IMG/VR virus record: IMGVR_UViG_3300028610_002494
Location: 1-64,000 of that record
From: a virus
DNA length: 64,000 nucleotides
Strand: one strand, 5' to 3'
Position 1 is the stretch's first letter, and each line of letters opens with the position of its first letter. Under the pieces are notes generated by a model. The model did not search any database. It saw only the letters and a list, made by a program, of their open reading frames with translations, and was not told the DNA's origin. The translations under genes were made by a program, and so were the position numbers. This document shows, in pieces, positions 51,656 through 60,023 of the stretch.

Positions 51656-52854
51656 AAATATTAGTAATAGCAGGATATCTTGAAGCAAATATCAAGAATG
51701 AAACACACAAAACTCAAAGTATTAAAGGTGGAGCATCTAAAAGTATTACAAACATAGTTAATAGCTTAAGAGATATAAAAGGTATCCAAATAAAAGTTTT
51801 AACACAAAAATTTAGAAACAAACTCTTAAAATCACTTGATCTTGATGCTTATATATTAATTCCAAGAATAATAAAAAATATTTCGAAATTTAAACCTAAC
51901 ATTATTATAACACAAGACAGAATTGCTTTTCCAACAATTCTCATTTCCAAAATAATGAAAATTCCTGTTATTTATATAATCAGATCTCCCACAGAGTTTT
52001 GTCCAAAATATGTAGATGTTGTTAACTATGGAAAAGCATGTTCAGGAATAAATAACAGGAGACAATGTTTTAAATGTATTAATAAATGGAAAACCTTGCG
52101 GATTTTAATTGATAATAGACCAAAAGGTTCAGAATATTCCATTAAAGCTTCTTTATTAAATGTTTTTTTTAAAATACGATATTTTATATGTTTATTCAAT
52201 TTGTATTTAACTAAAAAAGCTAATATGATTCTGGTTGCTTCTACATTAATGAAAGAATTTTTTTCCAATAAGATAAACCAAGATAAAATTAAAATAATTA
52301 ATATAACTCCAATCCACAAATATATAAATAATGTAAATAGAAAAAAGAAACAATTGATATTTATCAGAACCCATTATAATGCTGCACATAAAGGTTTAAA
52401 TTTCATTTTAAAATTATCAAAAATTATACCTGAAAAATATCGTATTTTAATAGTTGGCAGTTCTGAGGACAAACAACAAGAAAATAATCCAAAAATATTA
52501 AATGTTGGATATATTTCTTCTAAAATATTACTTAACAAAATGTTTGCAGAATCCAAGATCACTTTAGTTCCATCTTTCTTTACTGAAGCTTTTGGAAGGA
52601 TTATTCCTGAAAGTTTGTCAAATAAAACTCCAGTTATCTCTTCTCCACAATGTGGTGCAAACCAATTTTTTAAGGAAAAAGATTTTTTAAGGGTTGTTCC
52701 TTTAAAATTAAACTTATGGATAAAAACAATTGAAGATATTATCCAAAATCCTCCAATTATTACTGATAATGATATTTCTCAAATTTATGAGCAATTCTCA
52801 TTAGAAAAGAGTAAAAAAGATTTAATGAATATAATAAAAAATATTAAAAGGTGA
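51652..52854 (+). CDS. GT4-like glycosyltransferase with Cys-rich insert
   Basis: GGA N-terminal loop, KGL, PSFFTEAFGRIIPES...PVI. Confidence 0.85.
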   Translation: MKILVIAGYLEANIKNETHKTQSIKGGASKSITNIVNSLRDIKGIQIKVLTQKFRNKLLKSLDLDAYILIPRIIKNISKFKPNIIITQDRIAFPTILISKIMKIPVIYIIRSPTEFCPKYVDVVNYGKACSGINNRRQCFKCINKWKTLRILIDNRPKGSEYSIKASLLNVFFKIRYFICLFNLYLTKKANMILVASTLMKEFFSNKINQDKIKIINITPIHKYINNVNRKKKQLIFIRTHYNAAHKGLNFILKLSKIIPEKYRILIVGSSEDKQQENNPKILNVGYISSKILLNKMFAESKITLVPSFFTEAFGRIIPESLSNKTPVISSPQCGANQFFKEKDFLRVVPLKLNLWIKTIEDIIQNPPIITDNDISQIYEQFSLEKSKKDLMNIIKNIKR

Positions 52855-53454
52855 TTAAAATAAAAGAATGGAAAGAATGGAATTCATTTATACAATGGAT
52901 ATGTATTATTGGTTTTTTTTTAATAATTATAATGGTATTTATTGAAGTTTTTTATTTTATTATAAATATTCCAGATGAACTTATTCTTGGGATTCGTGAA
53001 AATAGTATAGGGAAACATTATCTCAATAATCCAGAATTAGTAGCTGAGATGGAAGCTTTAGCATCATCATCTGAGTTTTTACATTATACAATAGTATTTT
53101 TATTATATACATTGATATGTATAGTATTATTTTTTTCATATAATGAGGTTAGAGAAAATGAAAAAATATTTAAAAAAAGGAAAAAACATAGAAAAAAATA
53201 AATTGAAACACATTTTTAAATCTATTTTATTCTATACTAAACTTGTGTTTTATGTTTCAATAGGAATTTTAAGTTTAGGAATGATATTTGTATTGTTTAT
53301 GGGTTCGGATTTAGAAGAAGAAATATTTGAAGATGAATATGAATTAATGAGGAGAAGAGAACAATTAGAAGATGATTTAATATCAGAAAAGACAAAAAAA
53401 TACAATAAATTAACTTTAATAAAAAAAGAGGAAAATAATGAAAGAGAAATATAA
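52851..53454 (+). CDS. Two membrane proteins (52851-53201, 53143-53454)
   Basis: TM helices. Confidence 0.45.
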
Positions 53455-54181
53455 AGATTGGAAAGAAGCATTTCAAATGAAAAAAAAGTATTCAAAAAAC
53501 TTTCCATTTTGTTTCTATGATTTAGCTGCAAAATATTTACCTGAAGATGAGAAAGCTATAGTTATTGATGTTGGTTGTGGAGAATGTAGATTTGAGGATT
53601 ATCTTGATCTATGGAACAAATATAAAAATTTATTTGTTTTAGATGGAAATCTTGAAACTGTTGATAAAATAAAAGAAAAAACAAGATTGATACATGAATT
53701 TGATTATACAATTGAATATATAGCACCAAATAGAATGTTATTTGAAAATGAATCAGTGGATTATATATTTTGTGGACACTTAATAGAACATCTTGATTTC
53801 AAGGAATTATATAAATTATTTAAAGAATTTGATCGAGTTTTAAAAAATGATGGAATTCTTGTTGTAAGCACTCCTATGTTATGGAATGGTTTTTATGGGA
53901 CACTTAGTCATGTAAAACCTTATCATCCAGCACTTTTCAAGGATTATTTTTATACTGATGATGAAAATATAAACCCATCATATAAACCTATTTCCAGAAA
54001 ATATAAACTTGAGGAACTTGTTTATAGATACCATACATTTGTAGATATACATAATACAATGGGATCATCTATAAAAGCATTTGATTTTCTAATTCAATTC
54101 TCGAAGTATGTTTTGAGAGCTTTAGGAATAAAAAAATATACTCAAACTGGATATACAATAATTTTAAGGAAACAAAAATGA
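53438..54181 (+). CDS. Class I SAM-dependent methyltransferase
   Basis: IDVGCG, HLIEHL, RVLK.DG.LVVSTP. Confidence 0.85.
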   Translation: MKEKYKDWKEAFQMKKKYSKNFPFCFYDLAAKYLPEDEKAIVIDVGCGECRFEDYLDLWNKYKNLFVLDGNLETVDKIKEKTRLIHEFDYTIEYIAPNRMLFENESVDYIFCGHLIEHLDFKELYKLFKEFDRVLKNDGILVVSTPMLWNGFYGTLSHVKPYHPALFKDYFYTDDENINPSYKPISRKYKLEELVYRYHTFVDIHNTMGSSIKAFDFLIQFSKYVLRALGIKKYTQTGYTIILRKQK

Positions 54182-54858
54182 ATAACATTAAAGATACAAG
54201 CTGGATTTCATATAAAACACTTCAATCACATTTTATGCAAATTTATTTAACAATAAAACTAAAAGCTAAAGATGTTCTTGAGATTGGAGTATTAAGGAAA
54301 ATTGTCACTTCTATTTTAAATCAATATTGTAATTTAACCACTCTTGATTTTAAAGAAGAGTTTAATCCAGACTTGATTATTGATATTACTGATTCTAAAC
54401 AGCTTGATACCATTAAAAATAATGCTTATGATTTAATATTACTCTGTGAAGTGTTAGAACATATTTCTTATGAAAAAATAGATAAAATACTCAAAATATT
54501 AAAAAAGAAAACAAGAAAATACCTAATAATTTCAGTTCCAAATCAAACTACATATATAAATCTAACTTTCTTTAATCACAGTAATAATAGAATACTTAAA
54601 AAAATAAAAGATTATTTTAATTTATTTTTTATTAAAATAGGAAACTTAATTTCAAAATTAGACTATAATATAAGGAAAAAACATAGAAAATATAAATCCG
54701 AAGGGACTTTCTTTCCTCATTGTTGGGAATTAGGAGTAGATAAATATAGTATAAACACATTTAAAAAACTATTAGAAAAGTATTTTACAATTATAAAAGA
54801 AGAAAGACTTAGAGATCATCCTTTTCACCATTTTTTTATATTAAAAAAGAGGTTATAA
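54178..54858 (+). CDS. Class I SAM-dependent methyltransferase
   Basis: VLEIG, YDLILLCEVLEHI, IISVP. Confidence 0.8.
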   Translation: MNNIKDTSWISYKTLQSHFMQIYLTIKLKAKDVLEIGVLRKIVTSILNQYCNLTTLDFKEEFNPDLIIDITDSKQLDTIKNNAYDLILLCEVLEHISYEKIDKILKILKKKTRKYLIISVPNQTTYINLTFFNHSNNRILKKIKDYFNLFFIKIGNLISKLDYNIRKKHRKYKSEGTFFPHCWELGVDKYSINTFKKLLEKYFTIIKEERLRDHPFHHFFILKKRL

Positions 54859-54859
54859 A

Positions 54860-55594
54860 ATGGGATTAACAAATGTTATCATTGATTTTCAAGAAGAAAT
54901 CATTCAAAAAATAGGTTTTCAATGGCAAAACATAAGAATATGTGAACTTGGTGCTATGTATATGAGAACAGTTGATATTCCTGCAAAAGAATATTATATT
55001 AAAGAAAAAAAAGTATTAGAACATATATCTATTGATTGGAATGGTATGTATGATTCACTTCCAATTGATTTATGTTTTCCTGTTCCTGAAGAATTATTAA
55101 ATAGATTTCATTTAATAACTGATTTTGGAACAATAGAACATGTAGATAATCAATATCAAGTTTTTAAAAATACACATGATATATGTACTAAAAATGGAAT
55201 TATGATCCACATCTTACCAACCTTAAATTATTGGAAATTTCATTGTCGTTATTTTTATACAAAAGAATTCTTTTTAAAATTAGCAGAATTATGTAAATAT
55301 AAAACTCTTGATTTAAAAGAAGGAAATTGTTGTGATCCACCAATATTTAAGAGAGATTTGATTTATGTAGCATTTTTAAAACTAAATAATAATAAATTTA
55401 CTTCAGAAAAAGAATTTAATAAGCTTAATATATTTGATATAAAAGAACCAGATAATACTAACAAACTTAGAACAGAAAATATTGTTTACATTTTATGGAA
55501 ATTAACAGAACACCAATTTTTTTTGAAGGGTTTTCGTAAAATACTTAAAAATATCTATAAGATATATATAAATGTTAAAAAAGGTATAAAATGA
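54860..55594 (+). CDS. Class I SAM-dependent methyltransferase-like protein
   Basis: ICELG, DFGTIEHV, G.MIHILP. Confidence 0.7.
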   Translation: MGLTNVIIDFQEEIIQKIGFQWQNIRICELGAMYMRTVDIPAKEYYIKEKKVLEHISIDWNGMYDSLPIDLCFPVPEELLNRFHLITDFGTIEHVDNQYQVFKNTHDICTKNGIMIHILPTLNYWKFHCRYFYTKEFFLKLAELCKYKTLDLKEGNCCDPPIFKRDLIYVAFLKLNNNKFTSEKEFNKLNIFDIKEPDNTNKLRTENIVYILWKLTEHQFFLKGFRKILKNIYKIYINVKKGIK

Positions 55595-56466
55595 AAACAA
55601 GAATATTCATACTCTGTGCAGGGAAAAATGTAAAATATTATGGAATTACAAGACAATTATTAAAGATAAATGGAGAAGAAATATTAGGAAGAATGATTAG
55701 ATTAATAAAAGAAGAATGTAATTATGAGATTTTTATAATCACCAATAATGATATTATAGAGAATTATATTAAAAGTATTAGAAATAATAAAATTATACTT
55801 TTTCATCCTGCTGCTGAACGATATCATATGGAAAGCTTATATTCAACTAAAGAAGAATGGGTTGAAAGAAATATATTCTTATTTGGTGATGTAGTGTTCT
55901 CTAAACATGCTATAAAAAAAATATTAAATTCTGATAATAAATTAAGTTTCTTCTTTAGAATAAAACCACATTTATATTTAAACAAACGTTATCCTGAAGG
56001 TTTTGGTATGTTAATTCCATTGAATGAAACTAATAGGATGTCAGATATCATTTTAAGATCCTATAAAAGAGCATCTATACATGGTGGAGTATTTATATTT
56101 AATAGTATTTGGAAAGAACTTAATTTAAGATTAGGAGAAGAACATTTAGAATTTGAATCTTATAAAACACGTGATTTAATCAGTAAACTATGCTTAAATG
56201 AATTTATAAGAGGTATTTTTTATGGAATAATACGATCCATTGAAGGAAAAATAATACGATTTATTTTTTATAAAGCTAAAATATCTGATAAATGGAAAAA
56301 TAAACTTGTTAAATTATTTTTAGGGAAAAAAATTCCAGATTATAATAAAAACTTATTATCATCTAAATACATTGTAGAAATACATGATATAACTGATGAT
56401 ATAGATCATCCAAGAGAGTATAAAGATTATATTAAACTAATAGTGAAAAAAGGTTTATTACAATGA
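55591..56466 (+). CDS. Nucleotidyltransferase (NTP_transferase/LicC-like, GT-A fold)
   Basis: FILCAG, QLLKINGE.IL.R, FGDV, DDID. Confidence 0.72.
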   Translation: MKTRIFILCAGKNVKYYGITRQLLKINGEEILGRMIRLIKEECNYEIFIITNNDIIENYIKSIRNNKIILFHPAAERYHMESLYSTKEEWVERNIFLFGDVVFSKHAIKKILNSDNKLSFFFRIKPHLYLNKRYPEGFGMLIPLNETNRMSDIILRSYKRASIHGGVFIFNSIWKELNLRLGEEHLEFESYKTRDLISKLCLNEFIRGIFYGIIRSIEGKIIRFIFYKAKISDKWKNKLVKLFLGKKIPDYNKNLLSSKYIVEIHDITDDIDHPREYKDYIKLIVKKGLLQ

Positions 56467-57377
56467 TGGATGCTACTGATAAATTTACTACAATTGGTTT
56501 TGAAATAACGAACCACTGTAATAAAAACTGTAAATTTTGCACTAAGATGACAGGATATAAATATAAAATCAGATATACAAAATTAGATGATTATGAATAT
56601 GTTGTGTCTTGTATAAACAAGAAAGACAGAGAAAAATTTAGAAAAGTAGTGATCACTGGTGGAGAACCACTTTTACATCCACATTTTATAGAATTAATGA
56701 ATTTAGTAAGAAAAGATTTTCCGAAAGCTGAGATTAAAGTACAATCAAATGGAAGATTAATTAAAAGATTGCCACAAAAGAAATTAAGAATTTTACCTAA
56801 TATAAAAAAAGTAATATTTTCAGTATCCCATTATCCAAGCTGGAACGATGAAATAAAGAAAATATATGACGGAAATATTAAAACACCGTTAATTTATAGA
56901 AGAGTAATCAGAAAACTAACCAAAAATAACAAATTTATAAAATTACTCAATTTAGATTATAGAATTCCATTTATAAAAAAAGTAAGACGATTTATTAGCA
57001 ATCCTTTTAAAAGAGGAAATGTTTACTTTAAGAATTTCACAGGATTTCGTGATCCTTATGTAGATCCAAATCTAACGAAAGAAAATGCAAAAATAGTTAG
57101 AAAAACATGTCATTATTTTATTTGGATAATAGACAGAAAGCTTTATAGCTGTTGTGTAGATTCTGTTTATGAAAGATATTATAACACCAAATCTGTTGGT
57201 ATTAAATTTGATAAAAACTGGAAAAAAAATTATTTCAAATTACCAACATGGAGAGCTTGTGCTCATTGTCCACAAGGATATAATAGGTACATAGTAATTA
57301 GTTCAGGATTTGAAAAATATAAATTAATTAGTTTAAGAAAAAGATTAGAATTTGTGAGGATTAAAACCCATGTTTAA
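56463..57377 (+). CDS. Radical SAM enzyme
   Basis: CNKNCKFC, TGGEPLLHP, SNG; C-terminal C...CC...CxxC. Confidence 0.88.
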   Translation: MMDATDKFTTIGFEITNHCNKNCKFCTKMTGYKYKIRYTKLDDYEYVVSCINKKDREKFRKVVITGGEPLLHPHFIELMNLVRKDFPKAEIKVQSNGRLIKRLPQKKLRILPNIKKVIFSVSHYPSWNDEIKKIYDGNIKTPLIYRRVIRKLTKNNKFIKLLNLDYRIPFIKKVRRFISNPFKRGNVYFKNFTGFRDPYVDPNLTKENAKIVRKTCHYFIWIIDRKLYSCCVDSVYERYYNTKSVGIKFDKNWKKNYFKLPTWRACAHCPQGYNRYIVISSGFEKYKLISLRKRLEFVRIKTHV

Positions 57378-57804
57378 AAAAATAAAATTATCACAATTCA
57401 TTGGCAGACAATTATCAAGATTAAAAATGGGTCAAGTATATTATGTAATGGGAATGTATTCTATAACAGCTGTAGGAATATTAAAAGTAGCATTTCCACA
57501 AATAAGTATTTGGACATTTATACTTTTTATTCCATTTATGTTTGTTGGAGCTTTTTTAATTGGTTTTATTGCAGATAGAAGTAATGTTACAACGATGGAT
57601 TATCAGAAGACAATAGAGATGACAAACAGATATTTAACCATTTTAGACTTTAAAAATAATGATTTTAGAATACTCCAAATGGAAACTATGTTTGAATGGA
57701 TAAAATCCTTAAAAGAAAATAAACCTTTAGATAAAAATATATTAAATGAGAAATATAAAGAATTTTTAAATAAATGGAGTCCTAAAAAAGAAAATGAAAA
57801 ATAA
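57370..57804 (+). CDS. Two-TM membrane protein
   Basis: Two hydrophobic helices. Confidence 0.5.
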   Translation: MFKKIKLSQFIGRQLSRLKMGQVYYVMGMYSITAVGILKVAFPQISIWTFILFIPFMFVGAFLIGFIADRSNVTTMDYQKTIEMTNRYLTILDFKNNDFRILQMETMFEWIKSLKENKPLDKNILNEKYKEFLNKWSPKKENEK

Positions 57805-57968
57805 AATAATAACACCTAAAAACTTAACAAATCAACAAAAATGTGATATTGATTGGATTATAAATGTATTAACCAAATCAACAAAAAACTCAATAAGTTC
57901 TGTAAATATTTATTTTAATGGGTTTGATATTAAATTTAATTATAAAATAAAAATTAAGCTGAGGAAAA

Positions 57969-58424
57969 ATGGAAAAAAATAAAGATTTAATTGATACTTT
58001 AGATCCACTACATTATTACACTAAAAAGGATTTATGTGGAAATTGTAAATATATAAAATCATTTTTATGTGATAAGAGATATGCTGAAGGAATTAACATA
58101 ACCTATTTAGAACAATATCAAATTAAAATATATATATATAAATTTATATCAAATAATTTAAGAAAGATAATTGATTCATTACACGACAAAGAACTATATC
58201 ATCATAGACAAGGTGGATATTTTGCTTTAAAATCAACCAATTTCCATTGTGGTGAATCTTGTGATTGTGATTGTTCTACAGAAAGATGCTGGGAATTTGA
58301 AAGAGTACCAAGTAGAAGACAGCCACATTGCATCAAGTTTTTTGGTTTGGATTTACCTGAAAAATATAAAGAGAACAATATTACATTTATTTTAGGCAAT
58401 TTAGAGTTTGAGAAAATAATATAA
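57969..58424 (+). CDS. Cys-rich protein, possible divergent DUF2284 paralog
   Basis: CGNC.Y...FLC, CGESCDCDC...C, FGLDL. Confidence 0.45.
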   Translation: MEKNKDLIDTLDPLHYYTKKDLCGNCKYIKSFLCDKRYAEGINITYLEQYQIKIYIYKFISNNLRKIIDSLHDKELYHHRQGGYFALKSTNFHCGESCDCDCSTERCWEFERVPSRRQPHCIKFFGLDLPEKYKENNITFILGNLEFEKII

Positions 58425-58455
58425 ACAAGGTTTATATAAACAAGGTTTATATAAA
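58418..58455. repeat. 15-bp tandem repeat caaggtttatataaa, related to the 40443 element
   Basis: Copies at 58426-58440 and 58441-58455 plus a partial copy upstream. Confidence 0.8.
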
Positions 58456-58515
58456 ATAAAATAAAGTTAAATAGTAAAATAGTCTTTAAATAATTATAGA
58501 GGTTAAAAATTAAAT

Positions 58516-59805
58516 ATGAAATATAAAATGAAAGAATTAAGTATTGAAATAACATATAAATGTCCAATGAATTGTATTCATTGTAGCAGTAGAGCAGAAC
58601 TTGAAAATGAGACAATGATACCAACAGAAAAGATTTTAGAAATGATTGGAAGATGTAAAATATACTGTGGAACTGAATGTGTTTCTCTTTCAGGTGGAGA
58701 ACCATTTGAACATCCTGATTTCTGGAAAATATTAAAACACATTAAAGCTCAAGGTTTAAAAAGTATAGTTTATTCTTGTGGAATTGAGATGTCACCTGAT
58801 GGATATTATTGGTGTTTTAGTGATGAAAGAATAAAAAAACTAAAAACCTTATGTGATGTGTTAATAATAAGTTTACATGGAACTGGTGATAAACATAATA
58901 AAATATTAAATATTGGAGATACTGCTTTTTGGAATGTATTATATACAATAATGAAAGCAGTGCGTGAAAGTATTAAAGTTGAAATTCACTTTGTTCCTAT
59001 GTCTTTTAACTATAAAGACATTAAAATTATATATGGAGTCTGTATGGCACTTGGTGTTTCTAAAATGTCAATATTACGATATGTACCACAAGGAAGAGGA
59101 TTAGAAACAAGTAAAACTGAAGGAGAAATAAACCTAAATAAACCACAATTTATCGAACTACAATATGATATGAGATATATAAGAGATTTATCTAAAATCA
59201 CTGGTATGACTGAATTTAGAATTGGTATTCCAGCAGACTTTACATTTTTACTTGATTATCTTGAAGGGAATAATGATGCCAAAAAAACTAAAGCTTGTAC
59301 AGGTGGAAAAACTAAAATACTTGTAAAAGCTGATGGGTTTGTTCAAGTATGTCCTGCTTGGAAAGAACTTGATCACCTTTCAGCAGGAAATATTTATAAA
59401 GAAGATATTGTAGATATATGGAAAAAAGGAAATACTTATTGTAAATTTAGAGAATTTACCTATAAAGATTTAGGAGAACCATGTAAAAATTGTAAACTTG
59501 TTGAAAGTTGTTTAGGTGGTTGTGGAGCTCAAAGAATTTTGAATTCAACCTTTAAAGAAATAAATGGACTAAAAATTGCTCCTGATCCATTATGTTTTTA
59601 TGATGAAATAGAACTTACTAAAAAAGGGTTGATTGAATTAATAGATATATTAGAACTAAAGAAATGGTTAATCAATAAAAAAGAAGAATATGAAGAAATT
59701 GCTGTTAATTCAATGTCAGATTCACGAGCAGTTAATTATATGGCAAGAACAACTACTATTAAAGAAATCCTTAAATATATTGAAGAAATAAAAGAGATTA
59801 ATTAA
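58516..59805 (+). CDS. Radical SAM/SPASM domain protein
   Basis: CPMNCIHC, SGGEP, CTGG...G.VQVCP, CKNC....SCLGGC. Confidence 0.9.
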   Translation: MKYKMKELSIEITYKCPMNCIHCSSRAELENETMIPTEKILEMIGRCKIYCGTECVSLSGGEPFEHPDFWKILKHIKAQGLKSIVYSCGIEMSPDGYYWCFSDERIKKLKTLCDVLIISLHGTGDKHNKILNIGDTAFWNVLYTIMKAVRESIKVEIHFVPMSFNYKDIKIIYGVCMALGVSKMSILRYVPQGRGLETSKTEGEINLNKPQFIELQYDMRYIRDLSKITGMTEFRIGIPADFTFLLDYLEGNNDAKKTKACTGGKTKILVKADGFVQVCPAWKELDHLSAGNIYKEDIVDIWKKGNTYCKFREFTYKDLGEPCKNCKLVESCLGGCGAQRILNSTFKEINGLKIAPDPLCFYDEIELTKKGLIELIDILELKKWLINKKEEYEEIAVNSMSDSRAVNYMARTTTIKEILKYIEEIKEIN

Positions 59806-60023
59806 ATGTATGCAATCCCAAGGAAGAAAAGGAAAAATAAATCAATAGAAATCTCTGAGAAATTATTTTCAGAAGCTATACATAATCAAGATTATGAAAA
59901 AGCAGCATCGGTTGTTTTTTGGTGTGTTCTTAAAGAATTTGCTCAAGAAGGAATTATAAGTGCATTAGAAAATGGAAATTCATTCTATGAAAGAAAAAAA
60001 TATAGAAATAGAGGTTTATAATA

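Noticed and set aside
45543-60023. Island as an intron or intein within polB
   Set aside because: Both halves have their own start, RBS and stop; no intein terminal residues or splice structures were seen.
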